Counted from the stretch's first letter, positions 39,895-54,917 are shown. The stretch is DNA of 64,000 nt from Octopus sinensis (GCF_006345805.1 NC_043015.1:44144001-44208000), one strand, 5' to 3'. The notes: generated by a model not told the origin, from the letters alone. Made by a program: numbers and translations.

Positions 39895-40115
39895 GCGCGT
39901 GTGTTTGTGTGTCTGTGTTTGTCCCCTCAGCATCGCTTGACAACTGATGGTGGTGCGTTTACGTCTCCGTAACTTAGCGGTTCGGCAAAAGAGGACGATA
40001 TAATAAGTACTAGGCTTACAAAGAAAAAGTCCTGGGGTCGATTTGCTCGACAAAAGACGGTACTCCAGCATGGCCGCAGTCAAATGACTGAAACAAGTAA
40101 AAGAGTAAAAGAGTA
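39644..40115 (+). mobile_element. SINE family A, near full length
   Basis: Family A match with a short head deletion. Confidence 0.9.
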
Positions 40116-40561
40116 ACGTCCAGATAAACACAGATCCACACACGCACACACACAAATAGCAATTTATTAGGTAAACAGTGATTTTAAAAAGATTAAATAT
40201 GACAAATAACCAGAGTTTAACATGCAAAAAAAAAAACCGCAAAAAAACAATACGGGGATTCACGCACCATGTTTAGTTACTAGGTAAATATTCAGCACAG
40301 ATAAACAAAAATCTAATAACATAAGACTAACGAACTTCAGGAATGTCTTCTGGTACTTTAATGATTGTAACAAATTAATTGAACCGAAGCCAGATAACAC
40401 CAATGAAGATCATTAGTGTTGAATAACTAATTATTCTTAATTCGTAATGAAGTAAATATATATTTATGTCCGGGATTGAAGAACACGCGCCGGAAAAATG
40501 CAATTGATGATCATCAGTATCAAAGGTTATTCTGTTGAAAAATATGATAAGCAGAACGTGC

Positions 40562-40636
<75 letters not shown>

Positions 40637-40843
40637 GGGAGAGTTTACGAAAAAAAACAACAACAAAATTCGAAGACAAGTGGTGTACAAAACAAATAGA
40701 TGTATTACTATAACGCTCATGAATAGAAAAGGTCTTTTACGTTTCGAGCCTTCGCTCTTCTACAGAAAAAAAGGGACACAGAAAAAACAAGGAGAGCAAC
40801 AAGGAGAGAAAAAATGTGTAGTGGCTAATGATCTATCATGGCG
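40637..40843 (-). mobile_element. ~200-bp repeat carrying a hammerhead-like motif (second copy 54918-55100)
   Basis: Minus strand TTTTT-CTGTAGA-A-GAGC-GAAG-GCTC-GAAACGT-A-AAAGA; sits in (TATC)n. Confidence 0.75.
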
Positions 40844-40958
<115 letters not shown>

Positions 40959-41301
40959 CGTTCTCTGACGGCTTGTATGTATACAATCATATGTGCGTTA
41001 ACAGCAGCAACAGAGTTCTTTAGCTCTTCTTTCTAGCAGTGTAGGTGTCCTAAAATTCTCAGTCATATCTAATAACATTTATTTTTTTCCTTTTTGGTGA
41101 AACTCTGCTAACTTGCTGCCCCATTTAATTATATAAGTGCGCGTGCATGTGTGTATATGTCGACATATACATATATGCATACATAGATGCATGCATGCCT
41201 ATAAAGATACTTATATACGTACAGATGCATATATTTATTTGTGTATGTTTGTATTTATGAGGCTGTTTCAAATATTGTAAATTTACGCACACACACACAC
41301 A

Positions 41302-41334
<33 letters not shown>

Positions 41335-41970
41335 CCACACACACACACACATTCTCTTTCTCTCTCGTGCACACACTTACGTATGGATCTTATTTACTTG
41401 TCAAGTTCTTTATGTGGAACTTAACTTAAACCTGATATAAACTTAATTTACTTTGTATAATTTTAAATAAATCGTGATTTAACAATAGGAGACTAAGAGA
41501 CATTTCCTAATCTATTAAACATATCCAAATCGTCTGGGCTTCTGTGAATGTTATATGAAAAGCTAAAGTATATTAATTTACATCGCATTTGAAATATGGC
41601 TGCTGTCAACTTAATTACGGTGTTTTCAAAACACTGACGGAAAATAGAAGCGGCTTACGTCATTTAGAATGACATATAGGAGATGCCAGACGATCTGTTG
41701 CGAGAATCGTTCGATGTTAACGTAGCAAAAATTAGTCTATTACATCTCTCAAATCCGGAAATATCATTCCGCTGAGATATAGATGCTGTTACAACGTGTA
41801 TTATCTGTTCAATTAAGGATGTTTTACCATCAAGTACACACCTTGTCCCTCGCCCACATATGACTCCTCAGCTTAGTATACTGTTTAGCCAAATTTAGTT
41901 ACTGCTTGGAAGGATATAGAAAACTTTGAATCAGCTGTAGTTGCTTCATAGATTGTTTATAAAGGAGTGA

Positions 41971-42173
41971 GGAGGCGCAATGGCCCAGTGGTTAGGGCAG
42001 CGGACTCGCGGTCATAGGATCGCGGTTTCGATTCCCAGACCGGGCGTTGTGAGTGTTTATTGAGCGAAAACGCCTAAAAGCTCCACGAGGCTCCGGCAGG
42101 GGATGGTGGTGATCCCTGCTGTACTCGTTCACCACAACTTTCTCTCACTCTTAGTTCCCATAAAGTGCTTCCC
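41971..42173 (+). mobile_element. SINE family C, internally deleted, 12-bp TSD
   Basis: Head matches 53281; TSD ATAAAGGAGTGA at 41959-41970 and 42174-42185. Confidence 0.88.
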
Positions 42174-42271
42174 ATAAAGGAGTGATGCTGGAGCTGTGAA
42201 ATCTTGAATACATTGATTTGAAATCTTCATAATAATAACTCCATTGCTTCTTTCCAAGTAAACTGACATCT

Positions 42272-42867
42272 TATTTCTTTACTGCCCACAAGGGGCTACA
42301 CAAATAGGGGACAAAAAGGGACAGACAAACGTATTAAGTCGATTATATCGACCCCAGTGCGTTACTGGTACTTATTTAATCGACCCCGAAAGGATGAAAG
42401 GCAGAGTCAATCTCCGCGGAATTTGAACTCAGAACGTAGTGGCAGACGAAATATATATTTTTTTACTGCCCACAAGGGGCCACACACAGAGGGGACAAAA
42501 AGGGACAGACAAACGGATTAAGCCGATTATATCGACCCCAGAGCGTAACTGGTACTTATTTAATCGACCCCGAAAGGATAAAAGGCATAGTCGACCTTGG
42601 CGGAATTTGAACGCAGAACGTAGCGGCAGACGAAATACCTATTTCTTTATTACCCACAAGGGGCTAAACACAGAGGGAACAAACAAGGACAGACATAGGT
42701 AGTAAGTCGATTATATCGACCCCAGTTCGTAACTGGTACTTAATTTATCGACCCCGAAAGGATGAAAGGCAAAGTCGACCTCGGCGGAATTTGAACTCAC
42801 AACGTAGCGGCAGACGAAATACCGCTAAGCATTTCGCCCGGCTGCTAACGATTCTGTCAGCTCGCCA
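42272..42867 (-). mobile_element. SINE family B trimer, 14-bp TSD
   Basis: Head plus three ~180-bp bodies; TSD GTAAACTGACATCT at 42258-42271 and 42882-42895. Confidence 0.92.
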
Positions 42868-43258
42868 CTTTTAGATGTCAGGTAAACTGACATCTGAGAG
42901 TTCAAAGAAGATTTCAAATGTAACTGGTAGCGACTTCTCTTGAAAATGGACGAACTTTAGCATCGTGATGTTATTAGGTATCTGCAGGAAAAAGAATTTA
43001 ATCCCCAAGCGAATTCATATACGAATACAATTCAGATGAATATCAGACTATTCTAGAGCAGATCATATCATATAGATAGACTTTTGACTACAAATTATCT
43101 ATGAAGTCTTTTGTGATATTGTCTATGATAGCTGTGTGATTCATTACATAGTTGATCGATTTTCAACAGAAGAGAATAACAAGGTTTGGTGGGATAACCT
43201 TCGATGCATTGGAGATATAAAGGAATAGAGTAAAAATGAAAAAGAATGACGTGACGTG

Positions 43259-43650
<392 letters not shown>

Positions 43651-43736
43651 TAAATATCTATCTTTATATATATGTGATATATATATATATATATGTGTGT
43701 ATATATATATATTATATATATATATATGTGTGTATA

Positions 43737-43777
<41 letters not shown>

Positions 43778-43780
43778 ATA

Positions 43781-43822
<42 letters not shown>

Positions 43823-43870
43823 TATATATAATACATATATACACACATATATATATATATATGTGTGTGT

Positions 43871-43904
<34 letters not shown>

Positions 43905-44433
43905 CATATATACACTTATATATATATATATGTGTGTATATATGTATATATATATGTGTATATATATATTATATATATATATATTATATATATACAGACA
44001 AACGATAAGCACTTAGTGTAATTATAGGATTTAATAATAGACTCTTCCAAAATTAAAAAGAAGTACAGGTTTAAAAGAGTTATCGAGGGTAAAGCAACTG
44101 ACTAACCCTCTCGTGATGAAAATGATTTAATTTACATTAAAATACACTGAACAATAATATTTGTACGTTCGTGTTAATTGCTTAAAATTAATTTTCCGAA
44201 ATTATGTTTAAATGTATAAATATTTCCTAATTGAAAATTGCTACCATCCATTTGATTTGTTTCCCACTGAGAAATATATGAAATTTGAACATTATGGAGT
44301 TGATGTTTAATTCTTTATCTGACTGCAATAATAGCTGAGCTTTCTAAAGTATATTGCTAATTTCAGCAATAAACGACTTATATCTGGAGTAATGTAGAAT
44401 TAAACATTTGAATGTTTTTCCAAATTAAATATA

Positions 44434-44663
44434 TATTTCTTTACTGCCCACAAGGGGCTAAACATAGAGGAGACAAACAAGGACAGACAAAGGGATTAAG
44501 TCGATTACATCGATCCCAGTGCGAAATTGGTGCTTTACTTATCGACCCCGAAAGGATGAAAGGCAAAGTCGACTTCGGCGGAATTTGAACTCACAACGTA
44601 ACGACAGACGAAATACCGCTAAGCATTTCGCCCCACACGCTAACGTTTCTGCTAGCTCGCCGC
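44434..44663 (-). mobile_element. SINE family B monomer
   Basis: Near consensus; imperfect TSD CCAAATTWAATATA. Confidence 0.92.
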
Positions 44664-44853
44664 CCAAATTTAATATAATGTAATTATTTATCCGTTTCTT
44701 ATATTTTATTTTGATATAAGGGAAACTTAGGAGCTAACGCCAAGAACGACATTTTGAAACAGATGGTGTACGTTATTAGATTCAAATTTTGAGAGAAGGC
44801 TTGCAATTCCAGATGAGTGGGTAAATCGTTTACATCAACCCCATTGCACAACT

Positions 44854-45245
44854 GGCAGACGAAATACCTATCTCTTTACTACCCGCAAGGGGCTAAACAC
44901 AGAGGGGACAAACAAGGACAGATAAACGGATGAAGCCGATTACATCCACCCCAGTGCGTAACTGGTACTTAATTTATCGATCCCGAAAGGATGAAAGTCA
45001 AAGTCGACCTCGGCGGAATTTGAACTCAGAACTTAGCGGCAGACGAAATACCTATTTCTTTATTACCCACTAGGGGCTAAACACAGAGGGGACAAAAAGG
45101 ACAGTCAAACGGATTAAGCCGATTATATCCACCCCAGTGCGTAACTGGTCCTTAATTTATCGATCCCGAAAGGATGAAAGTCAAAGTCGACTTCGGCGGA
45201 ATTTGAACTCAGAACGGCGTGCTAACGTTTCTGCCAGCTCGCCGC
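44854..45245 (-). mobile_element. SINE family B dimer plus start of a third unit; head internally deleted
   Basis: Junctions near 45050 and 44867. Confidence 0.9.
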
Positions 45246-45841
45246 CAAGATTTAAGCAAACACATTTGTCTGACATGAATACCTTTCCCACACATATTAT
45301 TTGTACTTATAAAACCAACGAGTTAGATCAAATTTGAGAGTTTATTAAAAAGCCCTTCGTCGTGCCCAATTAGAAATGTTACCTACTAATCCCTCTAAAC
45401 CTTTTTCTTTTGAAAATATTAATGGAATAATTCTTTTTTCCATATTGATATTTTTCATCTCTTTTTCGAATGCATATACTTTTAATTGACATCATATAGA
45501 ATGGTTTTCCTGTTGGGTATTTACCGAACGTAATTATCATACATAATATCATCTGCGTATAATATAATTTATATTTGCATTTCAGATATTAATCATCAGT
45601 TCACTCCATGGATTTAATAATGGCTTCTAGAGATATCTCCAGAGGCTTTACGAACATATTTTAAGAAATACGTTGCGTATTTGTAAAGTGGAAAAGAGAC
45701 ACATCTCAATAGAGTTCGTTAAAAGTGTTTATCGCGCATGTTTCGGTGCGGAATGTAATTAGGAGATCAAGAACCAGTATACAGCTTCACACAAAGTTTG
45801 ATGCAGGTTACAGCGCTAGCAGACTACACTAATGGCAAAGA

Positions 45842-45886
<45 letters not shown>

Positions 45887-46138
45887 ACATGTATATATAT
45901 ATATGTATGTATGTATACATATATATATATATATGTATGTATGTATACATATATATATATGTATGTATGTATACATGTATATATATAATATATATATATA
46001 TATATGTATGTATGTATACATATATATATATATATATGTATATATACACATACATATATGTACATTCCTCCCTCTCTCCCTATATCCCTCTCAATATACA
46101 CACACATATACATATGTATATGTATGCATGTAAGTACG

Positions 46139-46218
<80 letters not shown>

Positions 46219-47048
46219 GAAATAAGGTACTCAAAAATATGGCTGGTTTTATATTTACAGATTTTTATTAATATGTCACACATGTTTTTATAAATCATAT
46301 ATTAGCGCTTGCATCTACTCTGGGATTGCACGCCTCATGGCCCCATGATCCCATATTTTGTGTCCTTCGTCCGTGTGAAAAAACTAAACCATAACGATAC
46401 TGAGGTTGATCTAATTTCAGTCAATGAAATGACGATGTTTATAAGATAATCATGAACAGAAGCCGAACTGAACAACTCAGGGGAAAGACAAAATTATCCA
46501 AAGAATTTATAGAACTTTTATCATCTAATCTGCAGAAGAAAAAAAATATTGGTTTTCAGTGCTTTCTTTTCTTGGTATAGAAAACACTATTAATATTTGT
46601 GCCGTTTTGTATGCACCGCAGTGGTCCCAGTATCTTTTACTTCTTGCTATAAAATATTGGAGTTTGTATGCAAGCGAGGTATTGAATAAGAAAGCAATGA
46701 CTGCGGGTTGTTATCATTGATTTTTTGGAAGACAAGACTAATCTTAAATGGTGTTGTGTCACAATGGTAATACATATAAATCGATATCTGTTGCTAATTC
46801 TGTTCAAATATCTAAAGTTTTATATATTTACTTACGTATCACATGGAACAAATGCACTCGAACAAAAACACAAAGGCATATAAGTATAGAATAACATATC
46901 CGATCACCTCTGCGCATGTGTTTAAGCATCTGCCTGTATTCAAACATAGCCATTCATAAGCTGGCCACACTCTGACAAATATACTAACAAATCCATTTAA
47001 TGCCCGTTACATCCATTATAGAGCAGTACTGATAGTGTTGAGCCACCG

Positions 47049-47242
47049 GACAAACAAGGACAGACAAACGGATTAAGTCGATTACTTCGACCCAAGTGCG
47101 TAACTGGTACTTAATTTATCGACCCCGAAAGGATGGAAAGCAACGTCGACCTCGGCGGAATTTGAACCCAGAACGTAAGGGCAGACGAAATACGGCTACG
47201 CATTTCGCCCGGCGTGCAAACGATTCTGCCAGCTCGCCGCCT
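47049..47242 (-). mobile_element. SINE family B, 3'-shortened
   Basis: Near consensus. Confidence 0.9.
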
Positions 47243-47284
47243 TGAAGCAGCAAAAATATAACAGATATATATATATATACATAC

Positions 47285-47326
<42 letters not shown>

Positions 47327-47437
47327 TTTTTTAATTTTCTCCTGATTTACGGAATACTACTATTTTGCGGTTGAAGACTGGCTGTTATTTCTAGTGGGTT
47401 GAACGGCCTATTATGGCCGTTCCTAAATTTGCTGTTG

Positions 47438-47487
<50 letters not shown>

Positions 47488-47492
47488 ATATA

Positions 47493-47530
<38 letters not shown>

Positions 47531-48301
47531 GAAAAGTTAAAATTACTAAGTCTCTCTAAAGGAGCTTACGACAGCGTTATTGGAAATTATATATATATAT
47601 ATATATAACTAGTAGAAATCTGCTTAGTCAGGGGTTAGAGAAGTTCGTTAAATTAAGGACTATTTTATCTGAAATTATTAGCTTCGATTTGAAATGAACA
47701 TGTGCTTTACCTTGTAGCTCCGCATTTCACTTCGAGGCCAAAAGAAATTCTATGTATTGAGAATACATGATCAGTTTAACTCTCACTCACTTTCCATTTG
47801 TGTGCGTATGTGAAAGTAATTACGTTTATGGATATGCGTTGGAATACGTTTGCGTATATCTGCTGCGTTTGTGCATTTTTTTGTTCCTCTAATGCTTACG
47901 TAAGCACAGAACTCCACGACCTAGAACAAACAGTTCACATCGCTGCAAAGACTTCCACTCACTTCAACCTTCTTCTACACGCGCTCATATATATATATCT
48001 TACAGAACACAAATTTATTCCAATCATATAGAAATCCAAAGAATGCACAAAAGCAAAATAAATAATGAATTTAGAATGAAAAGAAACACGATGCAATGAA
48101 ATAAAATAAAATAAAATAAAATAAGATAAAAATAAAATACGTTAAGTTCATATTTGAAGAGGGATAATGGATCGGATTACAACGTATATTTTCGTTAGCT
48201 CTTTCTATTAAATCCTTATTGGTTACATTCAATTTTGACGTGTTTTAAATATGCTTTAAGTACATAAGAATATCATGAATGTTGCAATGGATCTCTTCAG
48301 G

Positions 48302-48456
48302 CTCCTTCCTCTCCGTCTCCTTCCTCTCCGTCTCCTTCCTCTCCGTCTCCTTCCTCTCCGTCTCCTTCCTCTCCGTCTCCTTCCTCTCCGTCTCCTTCCT
48401 CTCCGTCTCCTTCCTCTCCGTCTCCTTCCTCTCCGTCTCCTTCCTCTCCGTCTCCT
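48302..48456 (+). repeat. 15-bp minisatellite (CTCCTTCCTCTCCGT) x ~10
   Basis: Perfect tandem copies. Confidence 0.95.
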
Positions 48457-48533
48457 CATCATCTTCGCCTGTCATTTCACTCTCCACGTCTCGATCTGTC
48501 TGTCTGTCTATCTGTCTATCTCTCTGTTTTTTT

Positions 48534-48580
<47 letters not shown>

Positions 48581-49055
48581 GTGTCACATACAGTATGCTA
48601 TTTCTCTTTGCTCCCCCTTTGCTCTATTCTTTCTGTCTGTTTGTCATTCTCTATCTCTCTCTTTTTCTTTCTCTCTCTCTCCCTCTCTCTCCTCACACAC
48701 GCGCATCTGCACACACATATATTTATCTGGTGCATTTACATACACGCTCATACGTGCACAATCAAATATGAATGAACTGACATAATTGTATGGTCGTATG
48801 ACTGCGCACACGTGTATGTATGTATATATATGTAATATGCAGAGAGAAAGAGTGAAAGCGGGAGAGGATTATATATATATGCATGTGTGCGTATATGCGA
48901 ATGTTCAATCTAAATTACATAACCTTATATGCACAAGCAGATAATAAATATGCACATTTAGATTCTCACTCATTGCAAGATTCATGCACACGCATTTCCT
49001 CGCTCAGACGTCGCTCACAATCTAGTCCAGCAGAGATAGAGACACAGCCACAGAC

Positions 49056-49127
<72 letters not shown>

Positions 49128-49451
49128 CCACACGCACACACACTGACAACGACAGATTCTGCGCCATTTACATTGTCACAAAGTGTTTCTCATTCACATA
49201 CATCCATGCATTTATTTAAACATTCTTACACATGTATACATACACAAACGCACACTTGAGGTGCGGTCCACCCCGGGCGACAATTGTGCGTCTGTAGAAT
49301 CTTGTGTAGGCTGTGTTGCTCCTGAGTAGAGTTGGGTAGCAAGATAAAGGGCTACTCCGGGCGGCACTGATTCTACTTACACAACTGGATTCTATCACAA
49401 AACATAATACCCATTGTTAGGTATATATATATATATATATATGTATATAGT

Positions 49452-49631
49452 AGTTTGATCGTAGGTGATCTACTTCTAGCATATGGCTGACCACATAGTG
49501 CCTTTTAGCCCTTTAAATATACACATGTATTAGAATTTTCTCTGATTTTTCAGATTTTTGTATGCTAGGCTACTGGTTTTAAATTGATATTAATTAAACC
49601 AATATTCAATTTATTTCTCTCATTATTTAAA
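49452..49631. repeat. Second copy of the 5158-5340 repeat
   Basis: Direct similarity. Confidence 0.85.
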
Positions 49632-49781
49632 TACATATATATATATATATATTATATATATTATATATATATACCTGTACATACATAGACACATACACAC
49701 TCATACACAATCGCACTCACACACACGCACATACATGCTCACACATTTATATATATATGTATATATATGTGTGTGGGTGTG

Positions 49782-49856
<75 letters not shown>

Positions 49857-49862
<6 letters not shown>

Positions 49863-50455
49863 GTTATTTAGAGATAGTAGTCCCCTCATCACACCATATA
49901 TAGAATTTTAATTTAATACTTATTACTCATTTCTCAGCTACGCGTGTTTCTTGGGGTTCTTTTACGGTTCCTTAAGCACGCAGTGTTTTACAGGAACCTT
50001 CCTTAAAATGTGACCCCAATCATCAGGCCTCTAAATAACTTTATCATAGTTCGATACCAAATACTATATTTTAATTTTAACAGATAAATATCTGTATGTG
50101 TAAATAGCTTCACCGGACCTTACTGTGCAAACCATAATTTAAATAATTTTTTATTAATTTCATTTGAATTAAATTATGGCTTGCACAGTAAGATCCAGCG
50201 AATCTATTTACAAATACACATACTTATATGTTAAAATTAAAATATAGTATTTGGTATCGAACTATGATAAAGTTATTTAGAGGCCTGACGTTTGGGGTTA
50301 CATTTTAAGAAAGGTTCCTGTAAAACCCTGCGTGCTTAAGGAACCGTAAAAGAACCCCAAGAAACACTTTTAGCTGAGAAATGAGTAGTAAGTATTAAAT
50401 TAAAATTCTTTTATATGGTGTGATGAAGGAGACTACTATCTCTAAATAACATATA
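49857..50455. mobile_element. ~600-bp foldback of two inverted ~285-bp Penelope pseudo-LTR-like arms
   Basis: 49857-50143 is the reverse complement of 50168-50455; each arm holds a hammerhead-like motif. Confidence 0.8.
49936..50029 (-). ncRNA. Candidate type I hammerhead ribozyme, canonical core with extended stem II
   Basis: GGC-CTGATGA-TTGGGGT...GGTTCC...GGAACC...ACCCCAA-GAAAC-ACGC-GTA-GCT; stem I is only about 3 bp. Confidence 0.6.
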
Positions 50456-50534
50456 TATTTCCTCATTGAGAATAATTTGAACCCCTGTGATGCCAGAATT
50501 TTAATTATAAAATATACATACATACATACATACA

Positions 50535-50598
<64 letters not shown>

Positions 50599-50782
50599 AT
50601 ATAACAATGAAACTATTTATTTGAAATATATGATGTTACGCTGCACAAATAAGTGATACTGTGACTTTTGATTTTAACTTAACCCAGTGAATCTCGACTT
50701 TACTTTACTTATGGGCCCATGTAACTACTCTTTTATACACACACGCACACACACACACACACACACGCGCACACACACACGC

Positions 50783-50834
<52 letters not shown>

Positions 50835-51960
50835 ATATATTTATATATCCTTGTGATTTGTATACGGCGAATGCTAACTATAAATATATATGCGTGTGTG
50901 TGTGTGTGTTTAGTTGTGCATATGTAATCGACTCTAGCTGACAGAGCACCTCTACTGGCACCACTGAAATACGCTTATTACCAGGCACGAGGTCAGTTCC
51001 AATAAATCTCTTCGACCCGAAATTAGTCGAAGTCTTCTCCGCCGATTCCTAAACTGGGTCACCGCTCCAAAGTTGTCCTAAGCATTCGAGACATTCTACT
51101 TAAATGAATATATACTTAACATCAGTCACAAAAAACCCGGCAATTGGGTTTAAAAGTCTTTCCATGTATACACAAACTACTACCTACGATATAAACTACC
51201 ATAGTTAAGCAAACATATAACTTAACATAATAAAGTTAGATGAGCGTAATCAATAATAAATCAATCAATCAATCGGAAAAAATAGAAAAGAAACGATTAT
51301 TTCAATTACATACTTTGTGTGGAATTACTTGTTTTAAGCCATTTCTAGTTATACGCACAATATATATTTAAATACAACGGAACGAATCTGATATCTTAAA
51401 GCTTAAAAATGCTCTGCACGCATCGTTATTATTTTGTGTCTGTCTGCATCTGATTGCCTTTCTTCATTTTTTTTTAACTGACTTGATTCCGTGTTCAACG
51501 AAGCTTGTGAATTGTTACTTAGAAAATTAGAGTTAAATGATGAAAAATAATTCCCGTGCATAGAATTATTATATATAAGAAGAAACAACAAGCTGATAAA
51601 GGAATAATAATATTAGATCAACATTGAAAACATGATAGTATTCAACCTGCCGAGAAACACACACACACACACAGACACACTCACACACACACAGACACTC
51701 ACACGCACAGCTAAATGCATAAGCATGGGTTATCTTTTTTTTTCCTTCGGATGTTATTTAGGAGAAAGAGAAACTAATTCAAATAGTAGAAGTTGTCCAA
51801 ATATACCATGTAGTATAAAAAATGGATATCTACATGCACAAACATGAATTCACTATAAGCAAGCATATAGCTATACACATATGCATACACATGTAGCAAT
51901 ATGAATCATGCATCTGTGAGTGTGTGCATATATGCATGTGTTTAGAAATAAACGCAGGCT

Positions 51961-52065
51961 ATCAGATGTTGCTACACATCGCTGGTCACAATGCGCTTCG
52001 CATTGTTTTAGCCTTCAAATGAGGCCACCTTGCTGGCTAAGCGAGCAGGCCAACAGAAGAAAGAG
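51961..52065 (+). repeat. Dispersed repeat fragment (related fragment 6776-6812)
   Basis: Shared GATGTTGC...CTGGTCACAATGCGCTTC. Confidence 0.65.
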
Positions 52066-52102
52066 CAAATTAATTAAATTGAGTCCCACAGTTGCATATT
52101 TA

Positions 52103-52404
52103 TATTTATTTATGCGCCCTTTTCAGGCCTAGCCAGGCCCCTTGGGTAAGGTTTCCGGGTTTCTGTGGCGTATGTGTTCCCCCCAGCTGAACAGGACGCC
52201 AGTCCATCGCAGCGTTAGTCAAGAAACAGGAAGAGCGAGTGAGAGAAAGTTGGGGCGAAAGAGTACAGCAGGGATCGCCACGACCCCCTGCCGGAAAATT
52301 GTGGAGTTTTAGGTGTTTTCGCTCAATAAACACTCACAAAGCCCGGTCTGGGAATCGAAACCGCGATCACACAACCGCGAGTCCACTGGGCCATTACGCC
52401 TCCA
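52103..52404 (-). mobile_element. SINE family C head with type-2 (V-domain-like) tail
   Basis: Reverse complement of the 43359 type; GCGATGGACTGGCGTCCTGTTCAG. Confidence 0.87.
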
Positions 52405-52806
52405 CACATGTTTTTATCTATTTATTTATCTATTTCTGTATACATATTTCTGTACGTGTGCGTGCGTGCGTGTGTATGCGTGTGTATGTGTTCACGTGTA
52501 TTAGGCAAAGGGAAAATTGGACAAGGTATTAGTTTGAACTCTAAACTGAGGGTTTGTGTCCACGACTCGCTGCAGTTTCGTTGTTTCCTGGAGACATGTT
52601 CTGAATGATCGTTCTATAGGATTTAGTGAAAATTTTCATTCGAGGTAGCGTATTCCGATAAATTCAAAAGCAGGTGTATTGCTTATCATCCTGAAACTCT
52701 AAGATCAAAGTTAAAAGCTAAGCCTTCATGAAGGTTCAGAATATAGAAAACGCATACAGTAACAGCAACCATCAATATTTTTCGATGTCAAATTTTATAT
52801 ATATAT

Positions 52807-52874
<68 letters not shown>

Positions 52875-53280
52875 TTTAAATACTATTCGATCTCACTCAT
52901 AAGGTATTGGAATCTTACTTTGTGTATAAACTTTATACTTGGAATGACCTATTTTAAATTCTGTTGGATTAATCAAAATTACTCATCTTGATTACTTCTC
53001 TTCCATTTTTTCTAATATATATTATTAACTCCTAATATATACACTTAATTAATAAGACTTTTGTCCACGGTTAGAGAGGCGGTCTATGTCTTCTCCGAAC
53101 TATGTAGGTACCCAAAAGATTGAACGGAAGTCTAGTACACCATCGAAATAATACTCCGTTGCAAATGGTGGATGACACTCACACGTAGACATTAAAACGC
53201 ATATATAAACAGACTCAAGGGTAAATACACACAGGTTTTGAAATTTATATATTTCAGTATGGCATATCATATTTACATAG

Positions 53281-53678
53281 TGGAGGCGCAATGGCCCAGT
53301 GGTTAGGGCAGCGGACTCGCGGTCATAGGATCGCGGTTTCGATTCCCAGACCGGGCGTTGTGAGTGTTTATTGAGCGAAAACACCTAAAGCTCCACGAGG
53401 CTCCGGCAGGGGATGGTGGTGATCCCTGCTGTACTCTTTCACCACAACTTTCTCTCACTCTTACTTCCTGTTTCTGTTGTACCTGTATTTCAAAGGGCCG
53501 GCCTTGTCACTCAGTCTCTGTGTCACGCTGAATATCCCCGGGAACTACGTTAAGGGTACACGTGTCTGTGGTGGAGTGCTCAGCCACTCACACGTTAATT
53601 TCACGAGCAGGCTGTTCCGTTGATTCGGATCAACCGGAACCCTCGTCGTCGTAACCGACGGAGTGCTTCCAAAATCCA
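53281..53678 (+). mobile_element. SINE family C, full length with type-1 tail, 12-bp TSD
   Basis: A box TGGCCCAGTGG, B box TTCGATTCCC; TSD ATCATATTTACA at 53266-53277 and 53679-53690. Confidence 0.92.
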
Positions 53679-54260
53679 ATCATATTTACAGGATTAAATG
53701 ACTGTCGAATTTATTCGTACATTTGTTTTGGCCATTCTCTTTACAAATCAAAATAGTTCTATATCATTTAAATTCTTGTGAAGTCTTCTCTTACAAAACG
53801 ATGATATCCCCATCTAACGTGATTTGTGAATTACAACGAACAAATAAAAAAAAAAAAACTAAGCTTTCCCGGGAGACAATACATATTTTTCTTCTTCAAC
53901 TTCGAAAAAACAATGTAATTATCTCACCAATTATTTCCTGGGGTTCATTAAATTGACACTTACACTTCGAATCATGGGGGAATTTAATATTTATTTATTT
54001 TGGGAATATTATATGACCAGCGACAATTGACTTTTGACACATTTTTACGCACAAGTATCCAGGGATGATACACAAAAAAGACGCACGCATGCGCATTTGC
54101 GCGTGCACGTGCACACACCCACACACGCGTGCACACACACACACGTATGGTATAAATACATTTACACAATAACATTTTATACCAACTTCCACCACTCCAT
54201 AGCTATCTATCTACCGATCTATCCATCCATCCATCTATCTATCTATCTATCTATCTATCC

Positions 54261-54302
<42 letters not shown>

Positions 54303-54307
54303 TTATC

Positions 54308-54346
<39 letters not shown>

Positions 54347-54383
54347 CTACCTATATACATACATACATTCATACATACATACA

Positions 54384-54423
<40 letters not shown>

Positions 54424-54917
54424 ACACACACACACATATATATATGCTATACAAATATATACCGATTTCAATGAGGAACTCGCCTACTTGTTATATGGTT
54501 TCTGATTTGTTTATCGCTGTCAGATATAAGTTGTCAACCGAGCGAGGTGTTACATCTGTTCTATGAGTAATGGCTTGTTTTGTCAATTACGAACAAACAT
54601 GAATTTCCCTCGGGAACTTATTATACCGTTATTGTCGTTATAAAAAGAAATCAATGATTAGAAAAGTTCCACTATCGACCTCTTCGCCTTTTATTGTATA
54701 TCCAGAATTACATTAAATATTTGGTCGCTTTAAGATGGAAATGGGGGATTTAATTTTGGCTTTTACTTCCAAAAGGTTCAGCAACCCAGGAGTGCCACCT
54801 TCCAACATTTCCCCAGCTTTATCATGGTAAATTGCAAGGATTCCGCACAAAGAGTCAACAAAATAAATAACTATTCAAAAGACAGTCAAGACTATTGAAA
54901 AGGTTGTATGTATATGC

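Noticed and set aside
48245-48785. KETER/RRRRG/LLPLR repeat proteins
   Set aside because: All are frames of one 15-bp minisatellite; no splice or flanking support.
48980-49420. Possible promoter or first exon after the CT/CA tracts
   Set aside because: Only generic motifs; strand and boundaries cannot be supported.
53281-53355. tRNA genes at SINE heads
   Set aside because: A/B boxes run on into SINE bodies with TSDs; no complete cloverleaf was seen.
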